Shown: positions 30,486 through 43,429 of the stretch, in pieces | How the letters are laid out: each line of letters opens with the position of its first letter | Position numbering within the stretch: the stretch's first letter is position 1 | NCBI GenBank assembly: GCA_951406725.2 | Contig: OX597835.1 | Coordinates: forward strand, 28,086,001 to 28,150,000 | DNA from: Octopus vulgaris | Lineage: Eukaryota | DNA: 64,000 nucleotides | Reading direction: 5' to 3' | The notes under the pieces: model-generated | Databases searched by the model: none | Seen by the model: the letters and a program-made list of their open reading frames with translations, nothing else | What the model was told of the DNA's origin: nothing | Program-made: the position numbers and the translations under genes

Positions 30486-30642
30486 ACAATGCTTAATGCT
30501 TAATGAATTTACTTCCACCTAAATTTTTATCTCTGACAACAATATCCTGCCTATTGGCCTTAATTTCTCTATCTGTGTGTATTGGCTTATCACATAGTAT
30601 GGTTGCTTTCTCCTTTTCTGCGAGCTTTTCTGGCATGTGCCA

Positions 30643-30678
<36 letters not shown>

Positions 30679-30700
30679 ATTATTATTATTAATATTATTA

Positions 30701-30734
<34 letters not shown>

Positions 30735-30832
30735 CATCATCATTATTATTTTACTGCCTTTGCACAGCTTCTAATACTGGAGATGTACTACAGTGTCAGT
30801 GTTCACTACCAGTGAACTAAGGTAACACCCCT

Positions 30833-30930
<98 letters not shown>

Positions 30931-30931
30931 T

Positions 30932-31482
30932 AAAATGCCTCGATGCAGTACCAGGCAGTGACTCTCATGGCTTCTGATCTTAACTGATTGAAAGTGTTAT
31001 CATGTACATTGTTTTGTCTTGGTATAAAAGATGGGCTACAGCAAATATTCTGCTCAATACCACAGATTTGCTTGTCACTTGTTTGACCTTAACCAGTTGA
31101 CCATGTCCCTTAGTGGCTGACAATATGTGCATCTCTGATCATGAGCAGAAGTAGTGGGGGAGCATCATAGCCATGTTTTGAGAGCGATTCTGTGAATAAT
31201 TCACCTCTGAAAACATGGGTGCTTCGTTCACCATCCTTAAACAACCCTTATTCAGGGACCTTTCAAGCAGAATGGGTTACTCGACCAGAAGAAAATTCTA
31301 ACTGGGCCCAACCTGCAAGGTCATGTGCTGTTTATCTTGATATGAGATCACCATGTCGCACACATATGGTTGTAATGCATGTGCCTGGAATACCCTTATC
31401 AGACGGGTAGTCATGATGGGTATACTGGGTTTTGTATATTTACCCCAGTGTCACTTTGATGGCATGCACTGCTCTCTCACTC
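30932..31482 (+). mobile_element. ~550-bp (AAT)n-embedded element, copy 2
   Basis: Colinear with 16951-17498; (AAT)n on both sides. Confidence 0.8.
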
Positions 31483-31498
31483 AATAATAATGATGATG

Positions 31499-31623
<125 letters not shown>

Positions 31624-31655
31624 TAAAGGGTGTTACATTATTATTATTAATATTA

Positions 31656-31686
<31 letters not shown>

Positions 31687-31700
31687 CATTATTATTATTA

Positions 31701-31750
<50 letters not shown>

Positions 31751-31754
31751 TAGC

Positions 31755-32580
31755 ATCTACAGATAAAAGCCTATGCATTTTAATTGTATGTTCATCTTCA
31801 ATATTCAGATTTTTGCCTATCACATTTGTATCATTATTCCTCTTGCTTTTATTTAGCTTCGTTAAAAAAGATTGCTTAATGCATTTACTTCCACCAAAAA
31901 TTTTTATCTTTATTATACTCCCTATTAAGTTCCAACTTATCTAATATTCTGTCATTTCTGAGAAAATTTTATTATTATTATTATTTTGATTCTGGATACA
32001 GTAAATTTTATCTTTATATCCAGCTTCAAACGATGCTTGGTTATAGAAATTTTGATTTTGTTTAAATTCATTCTCATTTGCTGAAAGTTTCGAGATATGA
32101 GTAGATTTATTTTTAATGATGGAATTTATTATGCTTCTTGGATGATTAGAGCTTCTATTTACATATCTTAAGCACACATTTTGCTTATGATATGGTTGGT
32201 ATAGTTCAGTACTTAAATCAAGAGAAACATCAAGGAAGCCAACCTTAATATAACCATTTTCTATGGCGATCTAGACACTGGGACACTTAAAGAATTTGAA
32301 AAGCTCTTTTCTGGACCTTTCTAAATTAACCTTATTCGATCTATATATATATATATATATAGTGAATAGAGCATCATCTCTACATAATCCACCTCCTAAT
32401 TATATGCTAGCCACAACACACATTTTTTTCTCTCCTTGTTTTTTTTGTGTACCTTTCGGTAGAAGAGCGTAGGCTCGAAACGTAAAAGACTTTTTCGATT
32501 CCTGAGCGTTATACTAATATATCTATTTGTTTTGTACACCACCTGTCTTCGTCTTTTGTTTTTTTTCGTAAACTTCCCCT
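31755..32580 (-). mobile_element. Penelope-like RT fragment with adjacent opposite-strand pseudo-LTR
   Basis: GGLCRDDALF (YRDD-type motif), KVGFLDVSLDL...PYHK...YVNRSSNHP; 32410-32580 carries a hammerhead-like motif on the + strand. Confidence 0.8.
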
Positions 32581-32769
32581 ATATATATATATCATCATCA
32601 TCATCATCGTTTAGCGTCCGTTTCCCATGCTAGCATGGGTTGGACGGTTCTACTGGGGTCTGTGAAGCCAGAAGGCTTCATCAGGCCCAGTCAAATCTGG
32701 CAGTGTTTCTACTGCTGGATGCCCTTCCTAACGCTATATATATATATATATATGTACATATATATACAT

Positions 32770-32812
<43 letters not shown>

Positions 32813-32821
32813 TATATACAT

Positions 32822-32869
<48 letters not shown>

Positions 32870-33007
32870 TCTTTTACTCATTTCAGCCATGCAGTTGCCA
32901 TGCTATCATACAACTGCATGGCTGAAATGATAAAAAGTATATATATATATATATATATATATACTCTTTTACTCATTTCAGCCATGCAGTTGCGTTCATG
33001 CTGGAGC

Positions 33008-33057
<50 letters not shown>

Positions 33058-33573
33058 GTATATACATGTATTTATATTTATATGTATGTGTGTATATACA
33101 GGTATATATATATATATGTATGTATATACACACACACACATATATATGTACATTTGTAGACATATATATATTTGTCTTTGTGTGCGTGTATGGCTCCATG
33201 GCTAGAGTGCAAGGTTCACAATCATGAGGTAGTGAGTTCAATTCCCAGAGAGGGCTGTGTGCTGTGTTCTTGAGCAAGACTCTTTATTTCACTTTGTTCC
33301 AGTTCACTCAGTTGTAGAAATGAGTCGCGATGTCACTGATACCAAGCTGTATCGGCCCCTTTTGCCTTTCCCTTAGATAACATCAGTGGCATGGAGAGGG
33401 GAGACTGGCATGCATGGGTGACTGCTTGTCTTCTATAAACAACCTTGCCTAGACATGTGCCTGGGAGGGTAACCTTCTGGGTGCAATCCCATTGTCATTC
33501 ATGACCGACAGGGATGGGGTGTCTTTACCCTGTTATATATATATATATATGCAAAACACACATGCACACTCAC

Positions 33574-33612
<39 letters not shown>

Positions 33613-33877
33613 CATACATGCATGCATGTGTGTGTGTGTGAAGATAATGTGCTTTATTGATGGGAGGACGGATAGTAGTGAATATGCAGAAATAACAGAG
33701 CTGGTGATGGTAATGGTGGTGATAGTGGTGGTGATGGTGATATAGTGGCAGTGGTGCTGGTTGCAGTGGTGGCAGTGGTATTGGTGAGGATGATGATGAT
33801 AATGATAGTGGTGATGATGTTGCTGGCAGTGATGTCAACGATAATAACAACGATGTTAATGATGCTATCATACAATA

Positions 33878-34133
33878 GGTTACTGAGAAAAGATTATCAT
33901 AACATGAATTAATGACTTGAGACTTATCATACTGTGGGTCATTGATATAAGACTAGTCATACTTTGGATTACCATGATATGACCACTTAATGAAGATTAC
34001 TGAGTTAAGGATTAACGTTAGCAATGCAGATTAACGATATAAAGCTCTCATAGTGTGCACCACTGAGATAAATCTATCATCGTATCGGTTATTGATATAT
34101 CATTATCAGATAGACCATGTTATTGATTTACAG
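33878..34133. repeat. Degenerate ~30-bp minisatellite
   Basis: Units resembling actgagataagacttatcatactgtgggtc, about 8 copies. Confidence 0.55.
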
Positions 34134-34164
34134 TAAAATATACAGGTAAAGAATCATTACCATT

Positions 34165-34261
34165 ATCAGCGTCATCATCATCATCATCATCATCATCATC
34201 ACCATCGTCATCATCATCATCATCATCATCGTCGTCGTCGTCGTCAACATCATCATCATCG

Positions 34262-34318
<57 letters not shown>

Positions 34319-34349
34319 ACATCATCACCATCAACATCATCACCATCAC

Positions 34350-34388
<39 letters not shown>

Positions 34389-34858
34389 TGTCATCGTCAT
34401 CATCTTCATCATCATCATTGTCATCATCATCATCGTCATTATCATTATCATCATCATCACTGTGGCGGCAGTGGCTGCCACCAAGACCTTCATTGTCTTC
34501 ATCACCAACATTGTCATACTCACTACCATCATCATCATCATCATCATTGTCATCGTCGTTGTCATCATCATCATCTTCATCACTATCATCACCATCATTG
34601 ACATCGTCATCATTATTGACATCATTGTCGTCATCATCACCATCATTATCATCATCATCATCACCATCATTATCATCATCGTCGTTGTCATCATCATCAT
34701 TATTGTCATCATCATCATCATCGTCGTCGTCGTCGTCGTTGTCGTCATCATCATCATAATCATCAGCATCATCATCATCATCACAATCATTGTTATCATC
34801 ACCATCATCATATCGCACGTCGTCATCATCATCATCATCATCATCATCATTATCATCG

Positions 34859-34895
<37 letters not shown>

Positions 34896-34975
34896 TATCA
34901 TTGTCATCATCATCATCATCATCATCATCGTCGACGTCACCATTATTGTCCTTGTCGTCGTCATCATCACCATCA
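34165..34975. repeat. Compound (CAT/CGT)n microsatellite
   Basis: Direct reading; source of the poly-D/poly-M pseudo-ORFs. Confidence 0.95.
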
Positions 34976-35369
34976 TTTTTGCCAGTTGAGTCACTTGGAG
35001 CAATGTGAAAGGAAGTGTTTTTGCTCAACAGCACAACACATCACCTGGTCCAGGAATTGAAACCACCATCTTGCGATCATGAGCGCAATACACTAACCAC
35101 TAAGCGCCCCGCCCCCGCCCACACACACACACAACACATATCTTTTATTTTTCCCTTGTTTCAGTCATTAGACTGCGACCATGCTGGGGCACTGCTGCGA
35201 AGAATTTTAGTCAAGCAAATTGACTCAATACTTATTTAGTTTTTAGAGCCAGTACTTAATCTATCAATCTCCTTTGCTGAACCACTAAGCTATGGGGATG
35301 TAAACACACCACCACCAGTTGTCAAGCCATGGTGGGGGACAAACACAGACACAAAGACGCACACACACA

Positions 35370-35416
<47 letters not shown>

Positions 35417-35512
35417 GTATGTATTATCATCATCGTCGTTTAACGTCCGTTCTCTATATATACATATTCACTTATATATTCATATATACATATTCACACA
35501 TATATATATACA

Positions 35513-35544
<32 letters not shown>

Positions 35545-35550
<6 letters not shown>

Positions 35551-35751
35551 TAATCCAAACATGAAAACACAAAGAGAAAACACAACAATGCGAGGACGTG
35601 GAACAAATATAGTATTATTGGACGCTCAGGAAGGAAGGGAAGAAGGAGGGTTTTATGTTTTGAGCGGAGCTCTTCGTCAGAAACATAGGAAAACGAAAGA
35701 TCCAAAGAAGGGAAGAAGGAGGAAAAAAATCGCCAACGGTACACATGCGGT

Positions 35752-35755
<4 letters not shown>
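35545..35755 (-). mobile_element. Penelope-like pseudo-LTR with hammerhead-like motif
   Basis: Minus strand ctgacga-agagc-tcc-gctc-aaaac...gagcgtc; flanked by (TA)n. Confidence 0.6.
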
Positions 35756-35807
<52 letters not shown>

Positions 35808-35814
<7 letters not shown>

Positions 35815-37730
35815 ATATTTCGGAATGGTCATATTGCCAGTTTAGCCAATAAAAACACACGCACTATATATTTGGTGTTATTTTGCTTCAGTGATATTTA
35901 TTTTTTACATTAATCTTAATCTTATTTCGGCCAAAGTTCTTTCGTCACACTCCTGTGACCGCATCAGTGGTCCTTTGTTTTCTTCTCACTTACTTGTGTC
36001 TCTCCTTACTAACCGTCAGCCATTTTGTATTTCTATTGTATGTCTTCATTTGCGCATGCTTATATCTCTATGTGCGTCTATGTTTATTTAGTGTGTGGGG
36101 GGGGGGATGTCTGTAATATTTGTATCTTCTGGTTATATACATTCTTGTAATTTGTATTTTGTTTTTGTTGTTGTTGCTTTTGTTCTAATTTTGTTCATGT
36201 GTTTACATCCACCCATTATTATCATTACATATGCTTGTATGTATGTATAACAACAATATTAGTAATAATAATAATAAATCTAATCGAGAAAAAAAAAAAA
36301 AAGAATATACATATACATATATATATATATACATACATATACATATACATATATATATATACATATATACACACACATATACACATATACATATACATAT
36401 ATATACACATATACATACATATAGATATTCATTTCTATTTCTTTAATTACCTGTGTATTTATTATGTTTGCAGGATCCACTATTGTCATATGTTGTGGTG
36501 TGCGCTATTGCTCCATTCTAGTTTTCTATTCAGGCTAGGTTTATTTTCTATTATATGTGTAGCTTCTGTAATTTGTCTAATTGTTGCATCTGTTCTATGT
36601 GTGGACAATATCTTAATCTCTATGTTATTGATTGATCCCCCGTGTTCTTGTTCGGCGTGTTGGTACAGAATCGATGAGCTTTTACCTTCCTTGAGTTGTC
36701 TCCAATGTTCATTCACCCGCTCACCAATGCTTCTTGCAGTTTCCCCTACGTATGTTACTGTCTTGTTACTGCATCTTCCCTCTATACATCTTATACTATA
36801 GACCACATTTCTGGCTTTACAGTTCGTTTGTGGGCTAAATCTACATACAGTGCAATAGTTATCCGTACAGAGAGTTCTACTAAAAGGATAGGTTCTACCA
36901 ATTATAGATCTGATAGGGTTGCCTGGCTTTTCAACAACCTTAATTCTTAGTTTAAGTTTATCTAGGGTCCTTCTAAAGCGGTACGCTAGTTCACCTCCAG
37001 GGGTGGTGTCAACGAACATGACACTCTGGTATTTATGGCTATCATACCAAGAGTTGGCCTTCCTTATTTTCTTTTTTGTCCTTTCTATAGTGTTCCATGA
37101 CTTGTTCCTATAGAGTGGGCAAATCCCATTCCTATCATTACATAATATATTATCAAATTTCTTCATGGCTCCTTTGTATACTCTGATCCTTTCTTTATGG
37201 CTGTAACCTGAGAACTGCATGCGGTGAATGAAATACTGTATGTGTCTCTTTAATTCTGTAGGCTCGCACATGCGTGACACATTTCTCATTATTCTGACGA
37301 GGTCTGCCATCAAAATATTGAATTTGGCATTGCCCGCAATGGCTGAGTTCCGGTGGATCAGGTATTTTGAGGCCATACAAATTACAAGAATGTATATAAC
37401 CAGAAGATACAAATATTACAGACATCCCCCCCACACACACTAAATAAACATAGACGCACATAGAGATATAAGCATGCGCAAATGAAGACATACAATAGAA
37501 ATACAAAATGGCTGACGGTTAGTAAGGAGAGACACAAGTAAGTGAGAAGAAAACAAAAAACAAAGGACCACTGATGCGGTCACAGGAGTGTGACGAAAGA
37601 ACTTTGGCCGAAATAAGATTAAGATTAATGTAAAAAATAAATATCACTGAAGCAAAATAACACCAAATATATAGTGCGTGTGTTTTTATTGGCTAAACTG
37701 GCAATATGACCATTCCGAAATATAACAATA
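35808..37730 (-). mobile_element. 5'-truncated Penelope-like element with inverted ~350-bp pseudo-LTRs
   Basis: 35808-36157 is the near-perfect reverse complement of 37375-37730; the arms enclose a GIY-YIG ORF. Confidence 0.9.
36486..37374 (-). CDS. PLE RT thumb plus GIY-YIG endonuclease (5'-truncated, uninterrupted frame)
   Basis: [12 protein letters not shown]...C...[16 protein letters not shown]...H...EATHI...PSLNRKLE; the first ~12 residues of the tracked ORF come from the inverted repeat. Confidence 0.85.
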
Positions 37731-37785
37731 TCTGTTTCAACACACGACTTCACATAAAAAATCTTGCACAACAAATATTTAAACG

Positions 37786-37817
<32 letters not shown>

Positions 37818-38308
37818 CATACACGACAAGCTTCTTTCAGTTTATGTTTACCATATCCACTCACAAGGCTTTGTTCACCTTGAGGCTATATTAGAAGGCA
37901 TTTGCCTAAGCTGTCACACTGTGGGACTGAACCTGGAACCATGTGACCATAAAAAGGAACTTCTTATCACACAGCCACACCTATACCTACACACACACAC
38001 ACACACACACATGTAAGAAATAGGTACAGGTGTTACTTTTGATACTTATTTTAGTCACCTCTCTTGGAATCTTGCGCTTCATAAATATTACAGACAGTAT
38101 TTTTAATATAAAGTACATGTTTGAAGAACTAAGAGTGGATTTCGTCGCTCGGATGGGTCTTGTTATCTGCAGACACTGCAACAATATCATGTGACCAGCA
38201 CTTATGCACCAGGTCTGATATTTGCTTAATATTGTTGAATGTGCATGTTACTCAGACCTAACAAGGTACCTTAATTAAAGTACCTAATTCAACTGAATCT
38301 TAATTACA

Positions 38309-38341
<33 letters not shown>

Positions 38342-38359
38342 ATGTGTGTGTATGTGTGA

Positions 38360-38400
<41 letters not shown>

Positions 38401-38600
38401 GATTTGTATGTGTGTATATATATATATATACATACATACATATGTATATATATATGTATGCATGTAGGTATGTATGTATGTATGTATATATATATACATA
38501 TACACATATATATATGTATATGTATATATACACACACATATATATACATACATATACATACATACATATACATACATACATATACATACATACACATACA

Positions 38601-38663
<63 letters not shown>

Positions 38664-38811
38664 CATATATATATATATATGTATATGCATATGTACGTGT
38701 ATATATATATATATATATATATATACATACCTATATATAAGTGCACTTCATATTTATTCATATGGTGCATCAATTTTTCACAAAGCTCAGTTGTTCTTCT
38801 CTGGGTACATG

Positions 38812-38847
<36 letters not shown>

Positions 38848-38851
38848 CCTC

Positions 38852-38902
<51 letters not shown>

Positions 38903-39419
38903 AGTAAACAACCATATAAATAATAACATTTATAGAACGAGGACCAGATAATAGACTCCATATAATATATAGAAACAATGCGAAAATGTTTCAATGTGTC
39001 TCTCAAAGAACAGCAAGGAATCTGATCGATTGCCGATTCTTTGTAGAAATATTGTTATGATAATTTCGTTATGCCCGTGTTCTAAGTATTCTTCTAATGA
39101 CTGACTCAACAACAGACGGAATTGAATAACTGAATAATGAAAATTTTATAAAGAGAATCAGTCACAAGAATCGGTCACAAGTTGATGTTAGTCTGCAATG
39201 GAAGGGATCAGATTGGAGGAGGAGGACTCACATGACAACTGTTGGTATTGTTGTTGCTGCTGTTGTTGTTGGTGGTGGTGATGTTGTTGGTGGTGGTGAT
39301 GCTGTTGGTGTTGTTGTTGTTGTTGTTGTTGTTGTGGTGGTGTTGTGTTGTTGTTGTTGTTGTTGTTGTTGTTGTGTTGTTGTTGTTGTTGTTGTTGTTG
39401 TTGGTGGTGATGCTGTTGG

Positions 39420-39468
<49 letters not shown>

Positions 39469-40227
39469 GATGATGTTCAGTTGGTTTTTGTTGTTGTCGA
39501 TGTTGTATTGTTGTGTTGTTGAAATTATTGTTGTTGTTGTCGGTGGTGGTGGTGGTGGTGATGATGATGGTGATGGTGGTGATGATGTTGTTGAGTCGGT
39601 TTTTGTTGTTCTCGATGTTGTGTTGTTCTCGATGTTGTGTTGTTGTTGGTTGCTGTTGGTTGTTGTTGTTGTTAAGCAACAAGACGGATAAGGGTGATTA
39701 GGTGGTGGTCTAGGGCTTAGGGGCAGGAGACCCCAGACCTTGGAAAAAAAAAACTTTGGTCATCTTGTTGTAGTCGAGGGCTCTTCGTTGATGCCCGACA
39801 CCACTGGGAGGTGGCCCTCAAAGTCGCTGGAAATGGAGATCTCCAGGTCCAAATTCTTGAACGGCTGTTACTGATGGTGGTGGTGGTGGTGATGTTGTTG
39901 ATGTTGATGTGTTGTTGAGGATGTTGTTGTTGGTGATGATGTTGTTGTATTGTTGTTGTTGATGCTGCTGCTGTTGGTGGCCATGCTGGGTCACTGCTTT
40001 AAAGGGTTTTAAGTCAAAGTAATCAACCCCAGAACTTATTCTTTTTTCAAGCCTGGTACTTATTCTATCAATACCTTTTGCTGAACTGCTAAGTTACTGG
40101 GACATAAACACACCAGCATCAGTTGTCAAGCGATGCTGGTGGGATAAACACAGACACAAAGACACACACACACACAATAAATACACCATCTACAAAGTCA
40201 TGTTATGTGAAAAAAGCAAAAACGGTT

Positions 40228-40228
40228 T

Positions 40229-40260
<32 letters not shown>

Positions 40261-41105
40261 TATCATCATCATTTAATGTCTGTTTTCCATGCTGGCATTG
40301 GTTGGACGGTTTGATTAAAAACTGGTAAGCCAGGGGGCTGCAGTAGGTTCCGATTTGATTTGGAAAGGTTTCTATGACTGGAAGCCCCTCCTAATGCCAA
40401 CCACTCCAAGAGTGTAATGGATGCCTTTAACCTGCCATGGCACAGGGGCCATTGATGTGACACCGGCATCAGCCATGACCATGATCTCACTTGGCTTAAC
40501 AGGTCTACACAAGCACAGTATATCGCCAAAGGTCTTGGTCGCCATTCACTGCCTCAATGAGGCCCAATGCTTGAACAGTGCTTTTTATGTGCCACTGGCA
40601 CAGGTGCCAGTTAAACAACACTGGCATTGGCCACAACTATGACCTCACTCAGTTCTACAGGTCTTCAGAAGCACAGCATAACACCCAATGTTTGAAGGGT
40701 GCTTTTAACGGGCATAAGCCATGACTACAATCTCACTTACCTTGCCGGGTCTTCTCAAGCATGGCATATCTCCAAAGGTTTTGGTCACTTGTCATCGCTT
40801 CTGTGAAGCCCAACATTTGAAGATCGTACTTCCCCACCTCGTCCCATGTCTTCCTGGGTCTACCTCTTCCACAAGTTCCCTCCACTGTTAGAGTGCAGCA
40901 CTTCACACAGCTGTCCTCATTCATACACATATGACCATATCTGATGCTTCTTATGTTCAATTTTTCTTTCAGGACGCTTACACTCTGTTGTGCTTGAACA
41001 TTGACATTACACATCCAACGAAGCATACTGGCTTCATTTCTTACAAGCCTATGCATGTCCTCATTAGTCACAGGCCATGTTTCACTGCCATGTAGCATGA
41101 CTGTT
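40228..41105 (-). mobile_element. RTE-clade LINE 3' fragment with 3'UTR and (GAT)n tail
   Basis: MLHGSETW...RLVRNEASMLRWMC...VEGTCGRGRPRKTW. Confidence 0.85.
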
Positions 41106-41527
41106 CTCATCTATCACCCCTTCCTTTCTCTCATTGCTATTACTTTCTCTCACTCACTCTCAGTCAGGGCTATTACTCTCACTACTTTTCCTTTACTGAA
41201 TTATTATTTCCTTTCCTCCTCCACGTCTGGCGTGATTCTGAACAAATATGTATATATATATATATGTACAAATATATAAAAACACACTACACTCATTATT
41301 ATATTAGGAGATTATTACACAGGGTGGTAAACTAGCAGAATTGTTAACATGCTGGGTAGAAATGCTTAGCGGCATTTCGTCCGCCTTTACGTTTTCAGTT
41401 CGAATACTGCCACGTTTATGTTATTGATTTATGGTAGACTATACAGGTAAGAATCATTACCATCAACGCCATCATTGGCGTCATCGTTGTCATTGTCATC
41501 GTAATCATCATTGTCGTTGTCGTCATC

Positions 41528-41559
<32 letters not shown>

Positions 41560-41609
41560 CGTTGTCGTCATCATCATCATCATCATCATTATCATCGTCG
41601 TCGTCATCG

Positions 41610-41650
<41 letters not shown>

Positions 41651-41678
41651 GTCGTCGTCATCGTCATCATCGTCGTCG

Positions 41679-41718
<40 letters not shown>

Positions 41719-41779
41719 TATCATCATCATCATCGTCATCATCATCGTCATCCTCATAAAAGATAAAACACGTCTATGT

Positions 41780-41855
41780 AGAGCAGATATAGATTGAGGA
41801 ACAGGGGTCCCAGACACACGGACAGACAGAACTTCGCATTTATTATTATTATAGA
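41780..41855 (-). mobile_element. Possible Helitron 5' end
   Basis: Minus strand a|tctataataataataaatgcgaagttctgtctgtc resembles the 5' end of the Helitron at 54945. Confidence 0.35.
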
Positions 41856-42113
41856 TAATTGATTGGAAAATATAGGCCGTTGGTCCTTGGTTTTGTTTAT
41901 TTCACTTTAAGAGAAGTAAATAATTTATGAGAGTCTGTTTAAGGACCTAAATTCATAAGTTATTGATGGAAAGAAGAGAGACAAGCTTTGCAGCTATAGT
42001 AGAAAAGATAATTATTATAATAATCCTTTCTAGCTTTGGCACAAGGCCGGCAATTTTGGTAGGAGCGAGTTATTAAATTACATCGACCTCAGTACATAAC
42101 TAGTACAATATTC

Positions 42114-42552
42114 GGATCTTTTCTGTTTGAACGGCAGTTTTTTGTAGCGGTGTCATATGAAATTGTCACTCATAATTATGACCCTAGTATCGATCTATTG
42201 CATGTCAATCTGTTTTAGGGTTAGGGTTAGTTAGGGTTAGGGTTAGGGGTGGGGGGAATGGTATCTTTTTTTCTTCACAAATGTAAATAAACCCAATCTG
42301 TTTCTTAAACGAGGGACATATTCATACGGCACAGAATGTTTTTTTTTCACCTCAATAGACGTCATTGATTGGTTGAAATTGCAGAAATTGAAGAAAAGTA
42401 ACAACAAATATCTTACAAACTATAGAATTTTCTCAATAAAGCCAAGAGAAAAGGATGTTTTATAAATACATTCTACCAGTATACGAAGTTTAACATTTTT
42501 TAGTTACGTGGAAATTATTTTTTAAAAACTGCCGTTCAAACCGAAAAGATCC
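42114..42552. mobile_element. MITE with ~29-bp TIR, 8-bp TSD caatattc and internal (TTAGGG)n
   Basis: ggatcttttctgtttgaacggcagttttt / aaaaactgccgttcaaaccgaaaagatcc; TSD at 42106-42113 and 42553-42560. Confidence 0.9.
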
Positions 42553-42676
42553 CAATATTCCTTTCGATTATATTATTTCTGTCAATTATTAATGAATTCG
42601 GATCCTTAAATAAGCTGATAAATTATTTATTTCCCTTAAAGCGAAATAAACAAAATCGAAGTCCAACGGTCTGTAT

Positions 42677-42707
<31 letters not shown>

Positions 42708-43074
42708 TATATTTTTGCGTTTGTCCTCCTTCCAACCTATCCGTCCACCAACCAATTTCTGCTTTCATCGCAAGGTAATTAACGATAGCTAGAGTTATTC
42801 CCCTTGAAAAGGTAAGAAACTATTGTCAAACCACGCTTTTCCATTTCAAAAACTATCGGGTTGCTTTTGTTTAGCTTTTGGTCGGACCAACTCGATCGGA
42901 CATATAATCAAAGGCATTCCATTTGTGACCATCTCGTCGTTTTCTCTTCTATCCACGACTGTATTGTTAATTAACAAGTTTCATTTCGCAAAAACATGAT
43001 TCGCGTTCGATCTCACTATGCGGCCTCCCGGACAAGCGTTTTTTATTTGGGATTTGGGGTTGGCAGGAATTGTC

Positions 43075-43241
43075 GGCGTAACTTCGGTATAGGTACCGGA
43101 AGTACCGGATAGATGTGTTTTTTATTTATATATGGGGGGTTAGGGTTAGGGTTAGGGGTGGGAGAAAAGGGTTTCTGTTATCTTCAGAAATGTAAACGAA
43201 GCCACTTCCGGTACTTGCGGTACCTATACCGAAGGATCGCC
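43075..43241. mobile_element. 167-bp MITE with ~35-bp TIR, 8-bp TSD gaattgtc and internal (TTAGGG)3
   Basis: ggcgtaacttcggtataggtaccgga... / ...gcggtacctataccgaaggatcgcc; TSD at 43067-43074 and 43242-43249. Confidence 0.9.
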
Positions 43242-43376
43242 GAATTGTCTTTTTTTAGAGTGGAATTTAATTGATGGGAACTGCGCACATCCCACTATAC
43301 ACAAACACGCGCTCGTACGCACGTAGGCACGCACGCGCACACCGACACACAGACATGCGCACGTGCGCGTTTGTAA

Positions 43377-43429
<53 letters not shown>

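Noticed and set aside
34120-35034. Poly-Asp acidic biomineralisation-like protein
   Set aside because: (GAT)n tract open in several frames; its N-terminus lies in a SINE; no real signal peptide.
37987-38190. Minus-strand terminal exon (ctgcag|ATAACAAGACCCATCCG...)
   Set aside because: Too short to assign; weak polypyrimidine tract; no homology recognised.
42214-42260. True telomere or chromosome-fusion scar
   Set aside because: Only 3-5 TTAGGG units, internal to TIR-bounded MITEs.
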